A stretch of 46,622 nt of DNA from Candidatus Bathyarchaeota archaeon (GCA_043826455.1 JBDRQD010000067.1:1-46622); one strand, 5' to 3'. Numbered from the stretch's first letter, positions 9,286-20,003 are shown. A program made the numbers and translations. Notes: a model not told the origin generated them from the letters alone.

Positions 9286-10935
9286 CTACGCCTCGTAGAC
9301 GATCCTGCCGTTGACCATGGTCATCTGGGCCCTTATGCGGCGAAGCTCCTCTGTCGGCACCGTGTACAGGTCCCTGTCCCACACCACCATGTCGGCGTAC
9401 TTCCCCACCTCCAACGAGCCGAGCCTGTCCTCCATGAAGACGTGCTTCGCTGCCCAGATGGTGTAGGTCCTCAGCGCCTCCTGCACCGTTAGCCGCTGCT
9501 CCGGGCAGACCACGGCTCCGCTGAAGGTCTCCCTGGCCACCGCCGCCCAGAGCCCTATGCTGGCCGGGATGGGGCCAGAGGGGTAGTCCTGGCTGTTGCC
9601 CACGGGTATCCCCTTCTCCACGAAGGTCTTCAACGGCTTCACGCACTCGCCCCTGCCCTGGCCCAGGCTCTTGACGTATGTGTCCCCCTCGAAGTGGATG
9701 AACGTGGTCTGGACGTTGGCCATGACCCCCAGCCGTTTCACCCGGTCGATGGCCTCCTCGGTCGGGTAGTAGATGTGGATTATCTGGTGCCTGGGGTCCG
9801 GGCGGGGATTCTTGGTCATGGCGTTCTCGTAGCAGTCCAGCACCCAGTCGATGGCCCTGTCGCCGATGGTGTGGGTGCAGCACTGCCAACCCGCTTTGTG
9901 CAGTATTTCCACGGCCTCCATGAGGTCCTCCTTCTTCCATTTGGTGCGCCCGTAGTTGTCGGGCTCGCCCACGTAGGGTTCGTAGAAGAACCCGGTCCTG
10001 GGTACGACGCCGCCGTCGAGGCTCAGCTTGACGCCCCCCAGTTTGAACCAGTCGTCGCCGTAGGTGGTGAACCTCTGGACGGTGCCCTTGGCCTCCTCCA
10101 CGGTGCGGACGAACCCGTAGAGGGCGTACACCCTCATGGTGAGCTCGTCCCGCATGCGGACGTTCTGGTACGCCACCAGGTCGTTGGGCTCGGCCTTGCC
10201 TACGGTGGCGTCGATGACCGCAGTCATGCCCTCGCTGTTGTAGTCGTGGCACGCCTTGACGATGGCCCTCTCCTTCAGCTCGGTGGTGGCCACGGGGAAT
10301 GCGTTCCTGAAGGGGTCCGCGCTCGGGAGGATGGTGAGGAACACCCCCGTGGGCTCATCCGACTCGTCGCGGAATATCTTCCCGTACTCAGGCTCAGGGC
10401 TGTCCTTAGTGACCCCCGCCACCTCCAGTGCCAGGCTGTTGGCTGCCACCATCTGGTAGACGCGGCCCAGGTAGACCGGGTTGTCTGGCGAGACCGGGTC
10501 CAGGTCATATCTGTTCGGAGCCCTCTTGTCTGTGAGGAGGTTCTCGTCCCACCCGAACCCGAACACCCACTCCCCCTTAGGCGTCTCGGCTGCCTTCGCC
10601 TCCACAGCCTCCACGATGTCGGCGATGGACTTGACCCGGGGGTACCAGAGGTCGATGCCTGACACCGCGTTGTAGCCGTACCTGAGGAAGTGCTCGTGGG
10701 TGGTGATGAAGCCGGGGGTCACGCAGCGCCCACCGAGGTCGATGACGCGGGTGCCCTGTCGGATGAGCTTCTTTACCTTCTTGTTCGACCCTACGCACGC
10801 GATCCTGCCGTACTTGACGGCCACGGCCTCGACAACAGAGTCCTCGGTGTCCACCGTTATTACTTTCCCGTTGATGAGCACCATGTCGGCGCCCAGCTTA
10901 CCGGCTATCTTGGGCAGGTCCCTCTTCCAGTCCAC
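9286..10935 (-). CDS. amidohydrolase 3 family (YtcJ-like)
   Basis: PGFITTHEH, KLSLDG, HTIGDRA, SQDYP, GSLEVGKYAD. Confidence 0.9.
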   Translation of the reverse strand: MDWKRDLPKIAGKLGADMVLINGKVITVDTEDSVVEAVAVKYGRIACVGSNKKVKKLIRQGTRVIDLGGRCVTPGFITTHEHFLRYGYNAVSGIDLWYPRVKSIADIVEAVEAKAAETPKGEWVFGFGWDENLLTDKRAPNRYDLDPVSPDNPVYLGRVYQMVAANSLALEVAGVTKDSPEPEYGKIFRDESDEPTGVFLTILPSADPFRNAFPVATTELKERAIVKACHDYNSEGMTAVIDATVGKAEPNDLVAYQNVRMRDELTMRVYALYGFVRTVEEAKGTVQRFTTYGDDWFKLGGVKLSLDGGVVPRTGFFYEPYVGEPDNYGRTKWKKEDLMEAVEILHKAGWQCCTHTIGDRAIDWVLDCYENAMTKNPRPDPRHQIIHIYYPTEEAIDRVKRLGVMANVQTTFIHFEGDTYVKSLGQGRGECVKPLKTFVEKGIPVGNSQDYPSGPIPASIGLWAAVARETFSGAVVCPEQRLTVQEALRTYTIWAAKHVFMEDRLGSLEVGKYADMVVWDRDLYTVPTEELRRIRAQMTMVNGRIVYEA

Positions 10936-11053
10936 GATTATTCCTCAAGTCACCAAGAAGGGTGGTGAGGATATCTATGATTATCGGTACGCCCGGACTG
11001 GGAAAATTCCTACGCCTGCATACCGAACCCCCGTCAAACTGAGAACAGAGGGA

Positions 11054-12043
11054 TCATATCTTGGCTACGTTGACCGTCTCGGGGGTGAACATGTCCTCCA
11101 ACTTGAAGCGCGACTCGACGAGTCCCTGCTCCACCGAGTACTCGATGAATGTCTCGATGGTCCGCCGGTTAGCCTCCACGCCGTAGGGCCAGTAGTCCTC
11201 CCCCATTATCCGCACCGTCTCCTCCAGCTCGGGTATCATCCAGGGCAGCATGTACCTCAGAGCGCTCTGCTTGGACATCTCCTCCTCGCAAAGCCTCTTG
11301 CTCTCCTCGAACGCCTTGAGGAGGCTGTAGGCCAGCCATGGGTGGCTCTCGTAGGTCTCCCGCTTCAGGACCACCAGGTGCATTATGGGGAAGATGCCTG
11401 TCCGCTTGTAGTAACCCACCTCAACGGCTCTGTAGTCGGGGAAGAGGCGGGCCACGTTGGGTGACCCGGAGCGGAAGCTGTCGGGCTCCCTGGCGCCTAT
11501 GAGGGCGTCGATCTCGCCGGTGTCCAGCAGGTCGCTGAGGACCCAGGCGTCCGAGTGGGTCACCTGGAGCCCCGGTATGGGCCTGGTGGCGACTCGTTGC
11601 CTGCGGCCCGGCTCGTTGAGGCCTCCCGTGATCCACTGCATATCGGTGGGCTTGACCCCGTAGTCGTGCTCCAGGAAGCCCCGTATCCAGGTGTTGGCGG
11701 TCATGGTGTAGTCGGGCACCCCCACCTTCCTGCCTTTTAGGTCCTGGGGCTGCTTGATCCCCGCGTGGACGTTGACGAAGATGGATGAGTGGCGGAAGAA
11801 TCTGGACAGGAAAACGGGGACGCCCACGAAGCGGCGGTCCCCCCTGCCCAGCAGGATGGACATGGCTCCGAGGCTGAACTCGGAGGCGTCGAACTCGCCA
11901 TGCACAGCCATGCGCCAGAACAGTTCCTCGGGCGGCAGGGTGACGTAGTTAAGGTCTACGCCCTCTGGCTGGACCTCTCCGCTGGCTAGGGCCCAGGTGC
12001 GGTCGTAGGGCCCGCAGGCCAGGGTGATCTTTAGCTTCCCCAA
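11054..12043 (-). CDS. 4,5-dihydroxyphthalate decarboxylase-like protein (substrate-binding-protein fold)
   Basis: ITLACGPYDRT, FDASEFS, PVFLSRFFRHS, GIFPIMH, YWPYGVEANR pattern; substrate unknown. Confidence 0.8.
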   Translation of the reverse strand: MGKLKITLACGPYDRTWALASGEVQPEGVDLNYVTLPPEELFWRMAVHGEFDASEFSLGAMSILLGRGDRRFVGVPVFLSRFFRHSSIFVNVHAGIKQPQDLKGRKVGVPDYTMTANTWIRGFLEHDYGVKPTDMQWITGGLNEPGRRQRVATRPIPGLQVTHSDAWVLSDLLDTGEIDALIGAREPDSFRSGSPNVARLFPDYRAVEVGYYKRTGIFPIMHLVVLKRETYESHPWLAYSLLKAFEESKRLCEEEMSKQSALRYMLPWMIPELEETVRIMGEDYWPYGVEANRRTIETFIEYSVEQGLVESRFKLEDMFTPETVNVAKI

Positions 12044-12128
12044 CTATGATTCCTCTCGCGTACTATTTGGGCTCTGGGTAAATGAACTTGATCGGATACG
12101 CCTACACAGGTACGTGAAAAAAAAGGGG

Positions 12129-14213
12129 CTACCTGAAGGCCACGACTCCGGCTTTCTCCAAGACGGCGAAGAACTCGGCTACATGCTCAGCGGGCACAGG
12201 GGCGAACTCGGCGCTCACGGCGTCCCTTATCTGCAACATGTCCCGCTTGCCGTCGACGAAGTTCAGGGCCTCGTAGGCGACGTACTCTCCGTCGCGGAGG
12301 ATGGCGAGGTTCAGGGCCTCCCAGCCGCCAAGCCTATCGTATAGCCAGGCGCCGCCGTATAGATGCCTGTTTGGCCCGATCGGCCCTTTAGGCGTCTCGG
12401 CCCTGACAGGCACCCTTCCGCGGAGCGCCTCCTCCTCCGGGCTGCGCTCGGTTAGCTCCGCGGGGACATCCAGGTCCCCGGCCCTGCTGCGGTGGTAGGC
12501 GTCCAACTCGTCGATGAGGCGGTCGCCGTCCGCGGCCAGCAGGGAGACAATTTTGTCGGTGAGGGCGGAGGCTTCGGGGTCCCCCTCGAGCCAAGGCTCA
12601 ACGGCCTCGAGGGAGCGCTGCTCCACGTCGATGTTTGCCTCAAGGGATACCCGGGCCTCAAGGGCAGCTCTCGGCAGGTCGGCGGCCTCGGCATCAGATA
12701 TCCTCGCCAACGCCTTCCGCAGATGCGTCGCCAGCCGTTCCTTGGCTCTGGCGGCGCCAACCGCCACAAGCTCCTTCGCCTCCAGCGGCCCGGCGTTGGC
12801 CATGGCGTGGAGGAAGGCGGCTCCTATCACGACGTACCTCTTCATCTGTGTGGGGTCAGCGGTCTCCGGGTTGTCCTGGTGGGCCGCGATGTAGGGGTCA
12901 GGCCAGTCACCGATCTGGGCCGAGTGGACCCTCAGGTTGCCGTCGTTAAGCTCCTCGTGGTCGCTGAGCCCCCAATAGTAGGGGTTAACATCGGCGAGGA
13001 AGTCGTCCCGAGAGCCGAGGGGGTCGAGGATGGGCCAGGGGAAGTGCGGAGCCGCGGACATCTGCAGCGCCCTGTGAACCTTATTCCCCGCGATCATCCA
13101 CTCGAGGACCTCTTGGAGGGCGTCGTCGACCACGGTTGGGTTGGAGCTCGGGGAACGCTTCATGTGTACGCGTACACCGACGTTCTGATACTTGCCTGCC
13201 ATGTCGTAGTTGAGGACAAAAAGCCATTTATCCAGCGCCTCGGGGTGGCTGTGGAGGTAGACGAGGAAGCCCTTGTGCTCGGCCCCCCAGATGAACCGGA
13301 TCGTCCGCCGGGGACGGGGCAGAACCCCCCTTTCTATCAGGTGTGCCAGAGTCCGTGCTACCTCCAGGCTGACCCCGTCGCCTGTGGCGTTGTTGCCTCC
13401 GGTGTTCCTGTGGTCGATGTGGGCGGTGAGCAGCACCTCCTCGTCGGGGAGCTCGCAGCCGGGGATGACGCCAGTAACCTCCAGGTACTCGCCGGGACCG
13501 ACGTCCGCGTCGACCTTCACACGGACACGAACCTCCCCCCTCTTCAGCTCGGAGATCAGCTCCTGGGCCTGCCGATACGACACGCTGAAGCCGAACGAGG
13601 AGGGGGCCCCGTCTGGGCTCAGCCACGGCGTCAGGTCGCCGCTTGGGACTAGGTCGGGCAGGTCGAACCCGCCTGCCCTGAAGGTGATCACCCCAAGTGC
13701 CCCACGCTCGTACACCGCGGCTGCGTGGACCGCCCCCACAGGGCCTGTGGCCAGCACCACCTTGCCCTCCACGTCCCTTCCATCGTAATCCTCCGCGGAC
13801 CTTCCAGCGCCGACGTACACAAGCTCCGCCTCCGCCTCCGTGGTGCGGCTGAACCTGGCCAGCGCGCCAGGCGTTACGGCGAAGTCGGTCAGACGTTTCT
13901 CGTGTGGAGAGACCTGCCACAGGGACCCCTCCCTGGCGTCCCAGCTCGGCTCGGTTCGGAAGGCCCAGTAGTAGCGCTCTCCGTCAGACGGGAACTCCTC
14001 CAGCCTCACGTCTTCCAGGCCGACGGCCTCGGCCTGGCCCCGCATGTATTCGGCGATCTCCCTGAACTGGGGGGATGGGGCGTGGCCGCCCATCAGGTTG
14101 AGGCGCCTGAAGTGGCTGCGGGCGAGCTCCCCGGAGGCTTCCTCGATGATGGCCTGGAGGGTCTCGGGTGTCAGCCAGAGGGGTGGCTCTATCAGCGTTT
14201 TCTCATGGCTCAT
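12129..14213 (-). CDS. M28 family peptidase-like protein with PA domain
   Basis: PA insert (YDGRDVEGKVVL...GALGV), AHIDH, RTIRFIWGAE, NYDMAG, SDH; C-terminal EALNFVDGKR. Confidence 0.85.
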   Translation of the reverse strand: MSHEKTLIEPPLWLTPETLQAIIEEASGELARSHFRRLNLMGGHAPSPQFREIAEYMRGQAEAVGLEDVRLEEFPSDGERYYWAFRTEPSWDAREGSLWQVSPHEKRLTDFAVTPGALARFSRTTEAEAELVYVGAGRSAEDYDGRDVEGKVVLATGPVGAVHAAAVYERGALGVITFRAGGFDLPDLVPSGDLTPWLSPDGAPSSFGFSVSYRQAQELISELKRGEVRVRVKVDADVGPGEYLEVTGVIPGCELPDEEVLLTAHIDHRNTGGNNATGDGVSLEVARTLAHLIERGVLPRPRRTIRFIWGAEHKGFLVYLHSHPEALDKWLFVLNYDMAGKYQNVGVRVHMKRSPSSNPTVVDDALQEVLEWMIAGNKVHRALQMSAAPHFPWPILDPLGSRDDFLADVNPYYWGLSDHEELNDGNLRVHSAQIGDWPDPYIAAHQDNPETADPTQMKRYVVIGAAFLHAMANAGPLEAKELVAVGAARAKERLATHLRKALARISDAEAADLPRAALEARVSLEANIDVEQRSLEAVEPWLEGDPEASALTDKIVSLLAADGDRLIDELDAYHRSRAGDLDVPAELTERSPEEEALRGRVPVRAETPKGPIGPNRHLYGGAWLYDRLGGWEALNLAILRDGEYVAYEALNFVDGKRDMLQIRDAVSAEFAPVPAEHVAEFFAVLEKAGVVAFR

Positions 14214-14398
14214 GTCTATTCCTCTGCTCTACAAGTTCGTTTTACCCGGTAAAACATCATTTATCGTTCTCCGAGGAGGATATGAAACTTCAGGTTCCTT
14301 GTTTCGGCCGGGAGATCATGGAAAGGTGCGGAGCCATAGGTCTAGTTCTGTTAGCCACAAGCGAGTCATAAGCTTAGAAAAAGCTACCTTGAAGTGAA

Positions 14399-14503
14399 GG
14401 TGGCGTCGTTGGGCCCGCACGTTGAGGTGATCTTCAGTTTGCCCACTCCGATTCCTCCAGCATACTATTCACGCTCAGGGTAAATGAGCTTGATCGGATG
14501 CCT
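14399..14503 (-). pseudogene. 5' remnant and upstream region of a paralog of the 11054-12043 gene
   Basis: GTG at 14446 reads MGKLKITSTCGPNDAT vs MGKLKITLACGPYDRT; upstream GGGTAAATGA.CTTGATCGGAT also shared with 12076-12097. Confidence 0.8.
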
Positions 14504-14531
14504 CTTATCGCGTTGTTGAATATTCTCCCTC

Positions 14532-15779
14532 ATGGAGCTCAGTCATGATAAGCGTAGGCTCATCGACAGGGTGGAGGCGGACAGGGAGGAGATAGTGGGG
14601 TTCCTCAGGGGCTTCCTGAAGGCCAGGAGCCCCAACCCGCCGGGGGACACCCGGGAGGCCGCCAGGTACGTCGCCGAGTACCTGAACTCGAAGGGCATAA
14701 CGTACGATGTCGTTGGGCCTGACCCCGAGAAGCCTAACACAGTAAGCAGCTTCAAGGCGCCGAGCCGGGGCAGGACGCTGATACTGAATGGACACATGGA
14801 CGTCTTCCCGGTGGGCTCCGGGGAGGGCTGGAGCCACGACCCGTGGGGTGGTGAACTCGTGAATGGCAGGGTCTACGGGCGCGGCGCATGCGACATGAAA
14901 GCAGGGACAGCGGCGTCCATCTACACGTACCTGGTCCTGCATGAGTTACGAGACGAGCTGAAGGGGGGCGTCACACTGACGGTGGTGAGTGACGAGGAGT
15001 CGGGGGGCAGGCTCGGCTCCGGCTGGCTGGTGCAGAACGTGCCTGATGCGCTGGGGGACTGCTGCATCAACGGGGAGCCCAGCAGCCCGTACACCATCCG
15101 TTTCGGGGAGAAGGGGATACTGTGGCTCAGGGTCAAGGTCCAGTCCATGGGCGGCCACGGGGCCTACACCCATACCAGCCTGAACCCGATAAAGCTCGCC
15201 GCCAAGCTCATAACAGACCTGGAGAAGCTGGTAGACACTCCCGTGGACTACCCAGAGAACCTGAGGAGAGCCATCGAGGAGGGGAGGGACGCCGCTGAGA
15301 GGGCTCTGGGCCAGGGCGGGGCTGACGTGATGCGGAGGCTTAGTGTCAACGTGGGTACCATCGAGGGCGGTGTCAAGGTCAACGTCATACCCCGGGAGTG
15401 CAGCTTCGAGGTGGACATCCGCCTACCACCCGGACTTGGAAGGGAGGACGTTTTGCCCTTGGTCAGGGAGATCGTGGACCGGTACCCCGGTGCATCGGTG
15501 GAGGAGACCCGGTACGACGGGCCCCTGTGGAGCCCGCCCGACGGGGAGATGGCGGAGACAATGCGGGCGAACTCTAGGCTGCTGGGCATCGACCCCAAGC
15601 CCATCGTAAGCCTGGGCGGGTCCGACCTCAAATTCTGGCGGGGCCGGGGCGTGCCATCCTACTACTATGGGCCGACGAACCACGGCATGGGGACCGTGGA
15701 CGAGTACGTGGAGGTGGAGGAGCTGCTGCACGTCGTGAAGGTCCACCTGCTGTCGGCATACGAATACTTGACCCGGTGA
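14532..15779 (+). CDS. M20 family metallohydrolase (ArgE/DapE-like)
   Basis: SPNPPG, LNGHMDV, GRGACDMKAG, SDEESGG, GEPS, GGVKVNVIP, HGMGTVDEYV. Confidence 0.92.
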   Translation: MELSHDKRRLIDRVEADREEIVGFLRGFLKARSPNPPGDTREAARYVAEYLNSKGITYDVVGPDPEKPNTVSSFKAPSRGRTLILNGHMDVFPVGSGEGWSHDPWGGELVNGRVYGRGACDMKAGTAASIYTYLVLHELRDELKGGVTLTVVSDEESGGRLGSGWLVQNVPDALGDCCINGEPSSPYTIRFGEKGILWLRVKVQSMGGHGAYTHTSLNPIKLAAKLITDLEKLVDTPVDYPENLRRAIEEGRDAAERALGQGGADVMRRLSVNVGTIEGGVKVNVIPRECSFEVDIRLPPGLGREDVLPLVREIVDRYPGASVEETRYDGPLWSPPDGEMAETMRANSRLLGIDPKPIVSLGGSDLKFWRGRGVPSYYYGPTNHGMGTVDEYVEVEELLHVVKVHLLSAYEYLTR

Positions 15780-15934
15780 TCTCCCTATTGAAGTTCGGAG
15801 GAATAGGTGTGGGAGGAGAAACTAGAATACATGTTTACGTGTAAAATTGGGGAATGTGGGGCAATGCGCATGCAAAGCGACTTTTAGCCTATTTTATAAT
15901 CCTCCAGCCTAATATCATGTTCAAGGTAGTAAGG

Positions 15935-17053
15935 TTGAAGATCACTGACATCAGGACCATAGCCCTCAAGATACCCTTGAAAGAGGGGTCACCTGTCTCC
16001 GCTTACCCTAACCGGAGAAGAGTGCACATACTCGTCGAGGTTTCCACAGACGAGGGCATAACAGGGTACGGGGAGTCCATCCCGTACACCTACGGCTCCG
16101 TGGGCGGCTACATCGAGCAGCAGCTAAAGCCCCTGCTGGTAGGGGAGAACCCTATGCACGTGGAGAGGCTCTGGGACAAGGCCTACAGGGCGAGCTTCGG
16201 CCACGGCATCAGAGGCATCTCGCTGTACGCGTTAAGTGCAGTTGAGGTCGCCCTCTGGGATATCATCGGGAAAGCCAGGAAGCTACCGGTCTACGAGATG
16301 ATCGGCGGCCTCTGCCGAGACAAGGTCAAGGCCTACGCGAGTCTAATGGAGTACCGCAGACCCGAGGAAGTGGGAAAGATATCGGTTCAATGGGTAGAGC
16401 AGGGATACAAAGCAGTAAAGATCCATCAAGGAAGAAGCGACGCAGTGGAGTCCACGAAGGCGGTGAGAGACGCCGTCGGCGACGACGTGGAGATCATGCT
16501 CGACGTGAACGGCGCGTGGACGCCCATGGAGGCGATTAAAAACGCCAAAGCCCTTGAGAGGTACGACCTCACGTGGCTGGAGGAGCCCATCTGGCCCGTA
16601 GACGACTACCCCAGCCTGGCGAGGCTCAGGGAGAAGACAAGCATACCCATCGCCGGGGGCGAGAACGAGCACACACACCACGGGTTCAGGAACCTGATAA
16701 CCCAGAACGCGGTTGACATCGTCCAACCAGACGTGATCATGACAGGCGGCATATCCACATGCAAGAAGATATTCGCCCTCGCAGAGGCCTGGAACCTAGG
16801 CATAGCCACGCACAGCTTCTTCTTCGGGCCCGGCGTCCCCGCGGCGGTACACCTGAGTCTGAGCAACGTGAAGAGTGAGTGGGTAGAGATAAACGCGGTC
16901 CCGCTGGAGGCCTTCTTCATCACCCCGGCGTACAGGCCGGTTAAGGGATACGTCACGGCACCCGACAAGCCCGGGCTGGGCTTCGAGGTGGACTGGGGTG
17001 TAGTGGAGAAGTATGCCGTGAGGGAGTCTCCCGCCGGCTCCCTCTACTATTAA
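15935..17053 (+). CDS. mandelate racemase / muconate lactonizing enzyme family (enolase superfamily)
   Basis: ALWDIIGK, KxH, MLDVN, WLEEP, GENE, QPD, PGLG; likely TTG start at 15935. Confidence 0.92.
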   Translation: MKITDIRTIALKIPLKEGSPVSAYPNRRRVHILVEVSTDEGITGYGESIPYTYGSVGGYIEQQLKPLLVGENPMHVERLWDKAYRASFGHGIRGISLYALSAVEVALWDIIGKARKLPVYEMIGGLCRDKVKAYASLMEYRRPEEVGKISVQWVEQGYKAVKIHQGRSDAVESTKAVRDAVGDDVEIMLDVNGAWTPMEAIKNAKALERYDLTWLEEPIWPVDDYPSLARLREKTSIPIAGGENEHTHHGFRNLITQNAVDIVQPDVIMTGGISTCKKIFALAEAWNLGIATHSFFFGPGVPAAVHLSLSNVKSEWVEINAVPLEAFFITPAYRPVKGYVTAPDKPGLGFEVDWGVVEKYAVRESPAGSLYY

Positions 17054-17147
17054 CTAAACGCTCAGTAAAACAGTCAACAACTTTGAACGGGTGATTTTTT
17101 AGTTTTAAAAAGAAAGCTGAAATACATTGCTAATGGAAGTTCTATCC

Positions 17148-17720
17148 ATGAAACCAAATCGTGTTTTGATCTTAACGGCGAGTCCACGTAACAACGGCAA
17201 CAGCACGATCCTAGCATTGAAAGCCGCTGAAGGAGTCAAAGCCGCAGGCGGCGAAGCGGACGTTGTGCCGATAGGTAAACTGAAGATCGCCCCCTGTAAC
17301 GCGTGTGACTCGTGCAGAACGAAACCGGAGGAGGGTTGCGTAATCAAGGATGATATGCAGCCATTATACAAGAAAATCGAGGACGCACAGGGAGTAATAT
17401 TCGCTACCCCTGTCTACTGGTTCAACGTATCCGCGCAGATGAAACTATTCATCGACCGAACATACGCAGTACACGATGAAGACGGCTACGCGCTCACCGG
17501 GAAAGACGTCGGCGTGATCCTCACCTACGAGGACGAGGACGTTTTCGTTTCAGGCGGGATCAACGCGCTGCGCTCTTTCCAGGACATATGCGCCTATGTC
17601 AAAGCCAATCTCGTGGGAACTGTTCACGGTAGCGCGGGTAAGGCAGGAGATGTCCAAGCCAACGGAAAACTATTACAGAAAGCCTACGATTTAGGCAGAA
17701 AAATTGTAAATCCAAAATAG
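17148..17720 (+). CDS. iron-sulfur flavoprotein / flavodoxin family
   Basis: SPRNNGNS, CNACDSC-x7-C, ATPVYW, QMKLFIDR. Confidence 0.9.
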   Translation: MKPNRVLILTASPRNNGNSTILALKAAEGVKAAGGEADVVPIGKLKIAPCNACDSCRTKPEEGCVIKDDMQPLYKKIEDAQGVIFATPVYWFNVSAQMKLFIDRTYAVHDEDGYALTGKDVGVILTYEDEDVFVSGGINALRSFQDICAYVKANLVGTVHGSAGKAGDVQANGKLLQKAYDLGRKIVNPK

Positions 17721-17779
17721 ATTATTAAAAGAATAATTTCCTTCAAAACATCAAACCACCGTCAAACAAGAACACCCCA

Positions 17780-17897
17780 CGGCGGACACCGCCACCCACC
17801 ACCACCGCCCAGAGGACCCCTAAAAAGCCTCTAAACCAGAAAACAAGCCTGAAAACCGTGAATCGCGGTGGCGGTGATGGGACCCCCCTCCCCCCCC
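17780..17897. repeat. ~120-bp non-coding repeat, copy 1
   Basis: Near-identical to 20203-20320; internal inverted repeat CACCGCCACC (17787-17796) / GGTGGCGGTG (17867-17876); ends in C-runs. Confidence 0.92.
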
Positions 17898-17926
17898 GCG
17901 TGCACGTGCACACAAATGACGAGAAA

Positions 17927-17949
17927 GGTGCGGGAGGAGGGACTCGAAC
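17927..17949 (-). repeat. att-like copy of the tRNA-Leu 3' end
   Basis: Reverse complement GTTCGAGTCCCTCCTCCCGCACC is identical to 29303-29325; palindrome TTTTACTAGTAAAA adjacent at 17954-17967. Confidence 0.9.
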
Positions 17950-18173
17950 ACCTTTTTACTAGTAAAACTTTGCCTGCGTTTGTGTGATGTGAGGATAAGG
18001 TTATGGAGTATTCCTCTATACTGTAGGCTCTGATCCTCTCATACCCGGAAATCTTTAGGAGGATCAATTCGCTGATCCTCAGGCTTAAGCTGAGGCCTCG
18101 CAACGCTCACGCGCGCATGTGAGGAAAAGATTATTGTATTAGAAATTTTTTGGAGAGAATTCTAGGTTCAAAG

Positions 18174-19388
18174 CTACTTGGTAAAAATAGAGGATCTAAG
18201 AGGATCTTTAGAAAGAATTTGGAAAACTACTGCCGCCAAAACCATCATACCCCCCAGAATAACACCTATGAGGCCATAGCCAGACACAAGCAGCGCCCAC
18301 CCACCGACAGTGGCTCCGATAGTTGAACCAAGCATAGAGGCTGCTTGACCAACAGACATCATCGTACCTCTGAACCTGGGGACCTGTTCAAGGGCGAGAA
18401 GGTTGACTGAGGTAACCAACACTCCAGTGAAGAAACGGCCCAGGAACATCACACCCATAGAGATCCAAAGGTCAGGAAGGTTTGAGAAGGATAATATGGG
18501 GAGGCCAGCAGCGAGAGCGGAGAATACCGAGACGGGCTTCCTTCCATACTTGTTGACTAGTCGTCCGCTGGCTAACCCTCCCACCGTGAATAATAGGGCG
18601 CCGGCTAGGGTGATGATGGAGACGAGGCCGGTTGATAGAAGGAATCTCTGCCTGAAGAATGATGCTCCGTAGAGCAGGATTGACTGGTATGAGGCTGTCG
18701 CTAGGGCGTAGCCTACTAGGCAGGCGATGGCGGAGCTGCTTGAGAATACTCCTCTGAAACCTTCAAGGAAGTCTACACTTGAAGTCGTTTGAGGGCTCAC
18801 GCTGCGTGGTAGAGCTGTATGCACGAGTAGGAGTATTGAGAGAAACAACGGGAAAGCATATAGTAGGTAAACCATGCGCCACCCCATGAGGCTTGATACT
18901 GTGCCTATAAGTGGGGCTCCGATGACGTTGGCGAGCGACAGCCCAGCGGTGAGCCAGCTCATGGCGTGGGATCTTCCTTCTGGGGGGAAGCGTTCGCCGA
19001 CGAGCGTGGATGCCATTGGGCTTATGATCGCGTTACCCAGTCCTGACAGTGTGAATATTAGGAGCATTGCTGAGAGGCTTGGGGCTAGATAGGAGCCCAG
19101 GGCGGATATGGTTAGCAGGGCTAAGCCGATCAGCAGCAGCGAGGAGCTTCTGTATTTGACGCTTATAGCTGCGAGGATGAGGGCTCCTACTAAGCCGGCG
19201 AGTGATGAGGCTGTCTGGAGCTGCCCTGCGACGCCGACGGGGCACTGGAAGGTGTCGGCTATGTCTACTAGTAGTAGTCCTATTATTAGTGTGGGGGTGA
19301 TGCTTGCGAACCGGGATAACGCCAGTGATGGGAGTACAAGTCTGCCTATTTTTTGGGTAATTTTGGAGTCTTTTTCAGTGTCGCCCAT
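18174..19388 (-). CDS. MFS transporter
   Basis: About 12 TM segments, GRLVNKYGRKPV motif A-like, GAPLIG...GWR. Confidence 0.9.
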   Translation of the reverse strand: MGDTEKDSKITQKIGRLVLPSLALSRFASITPTLIIGLLLVDIADTFQCPVGVAGQLQTASSLAGLVGALILAAISVKYRSSSLLLIGLALLTISALGSYLAPSLSAMLLIFTLSGLGNAIISPMASTLVGERFPPEGRSHAMSWLTAGLSLANVIGAPLIGTVSSLMGWRMVYLLYAFPLFLSILLLVHTALPRSVSPQTTSSVDFLEGFRGVFSSSSAIACLVGYALATASYQSILLYGASFFRQRFLLSTGLVSIITLAGALLFTVGGLASGRLVNKYGRKPVSVFSALAAGLPILSFSNLPDLWISMGVMFLGRFFTGVLVTSVNLLALEQVPRFRGTMMSVGQAASMLGSTIGATVGGWALLVSGYGLIGVILGGMMVLAAVVFQILSKDPLRSSIFTK

Positions 19389-19627
19389 AGCGGGTCATCA
19401 TCTCCTTATATTCTCTATCCGCGACTGTGGAGATTGAACCAGTAGAAGGGGATATGCGGCATATTACGAATTGAAGCCTCTTCCGCATTTATAGTTTTAG
19501 GCTAAAATAATTTATAGTAGGTAAACCAAGATGTGACCAGGGTTCTGTTCAAATTAAAAGATGTGTGGAGCCCTGGCTCCGAGGTGGGGAGCCATACAAG
19601 TACCACATAGAGAGAAGAGGCGAGAAC

Positions 19628-19915
19628 ATGAAATATATGTTGCACTGGGAGATGTGCCCAGAGGACATGGATAAAGTCATACCTCTCTTCCAGAAGATGG
19701 CTGAGCTGAGAGGCACCAAAGGCTATCCAAAGGCACTTGCACCAGTCTACAACTTCGCAGGACAGACGAGCGGATTCACAATATACGAAGTCGATGACCC
19801 CCAGCAGATAACCAACTTCTACTTCCATTATCATCCCCTCTTGAAGATGACTTGGAAACCCATAGAGGAGACAACAAACACCGTAGCTACATATTTAAAG
19901 CTCAAGAAAAAGTAA
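19628..19915 (+). CDS. DUF3303-like small protein
   Basis: MKYMLHW...GFTIYEVDD...MTWKPI pattern; likely start ATG 19628. Confidence 0.65.
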   Translation: MKYMLHWEMCPEDMDKVIPLFQKMAELRGTKGYPKALAPVYNFAGQTSGFTIYEVDDPQQITNFYFHYHPLLKMTWKPIEETTNTVATYLKLKKK

Positions 19916-20003
19916 GAAACACCATGGAAACCTACTTCCCACCTTTTTCTATAAAATAAATTAAATTATGAAATATGGTGAACTGAGGATGAAATTATGC
20001 CCA

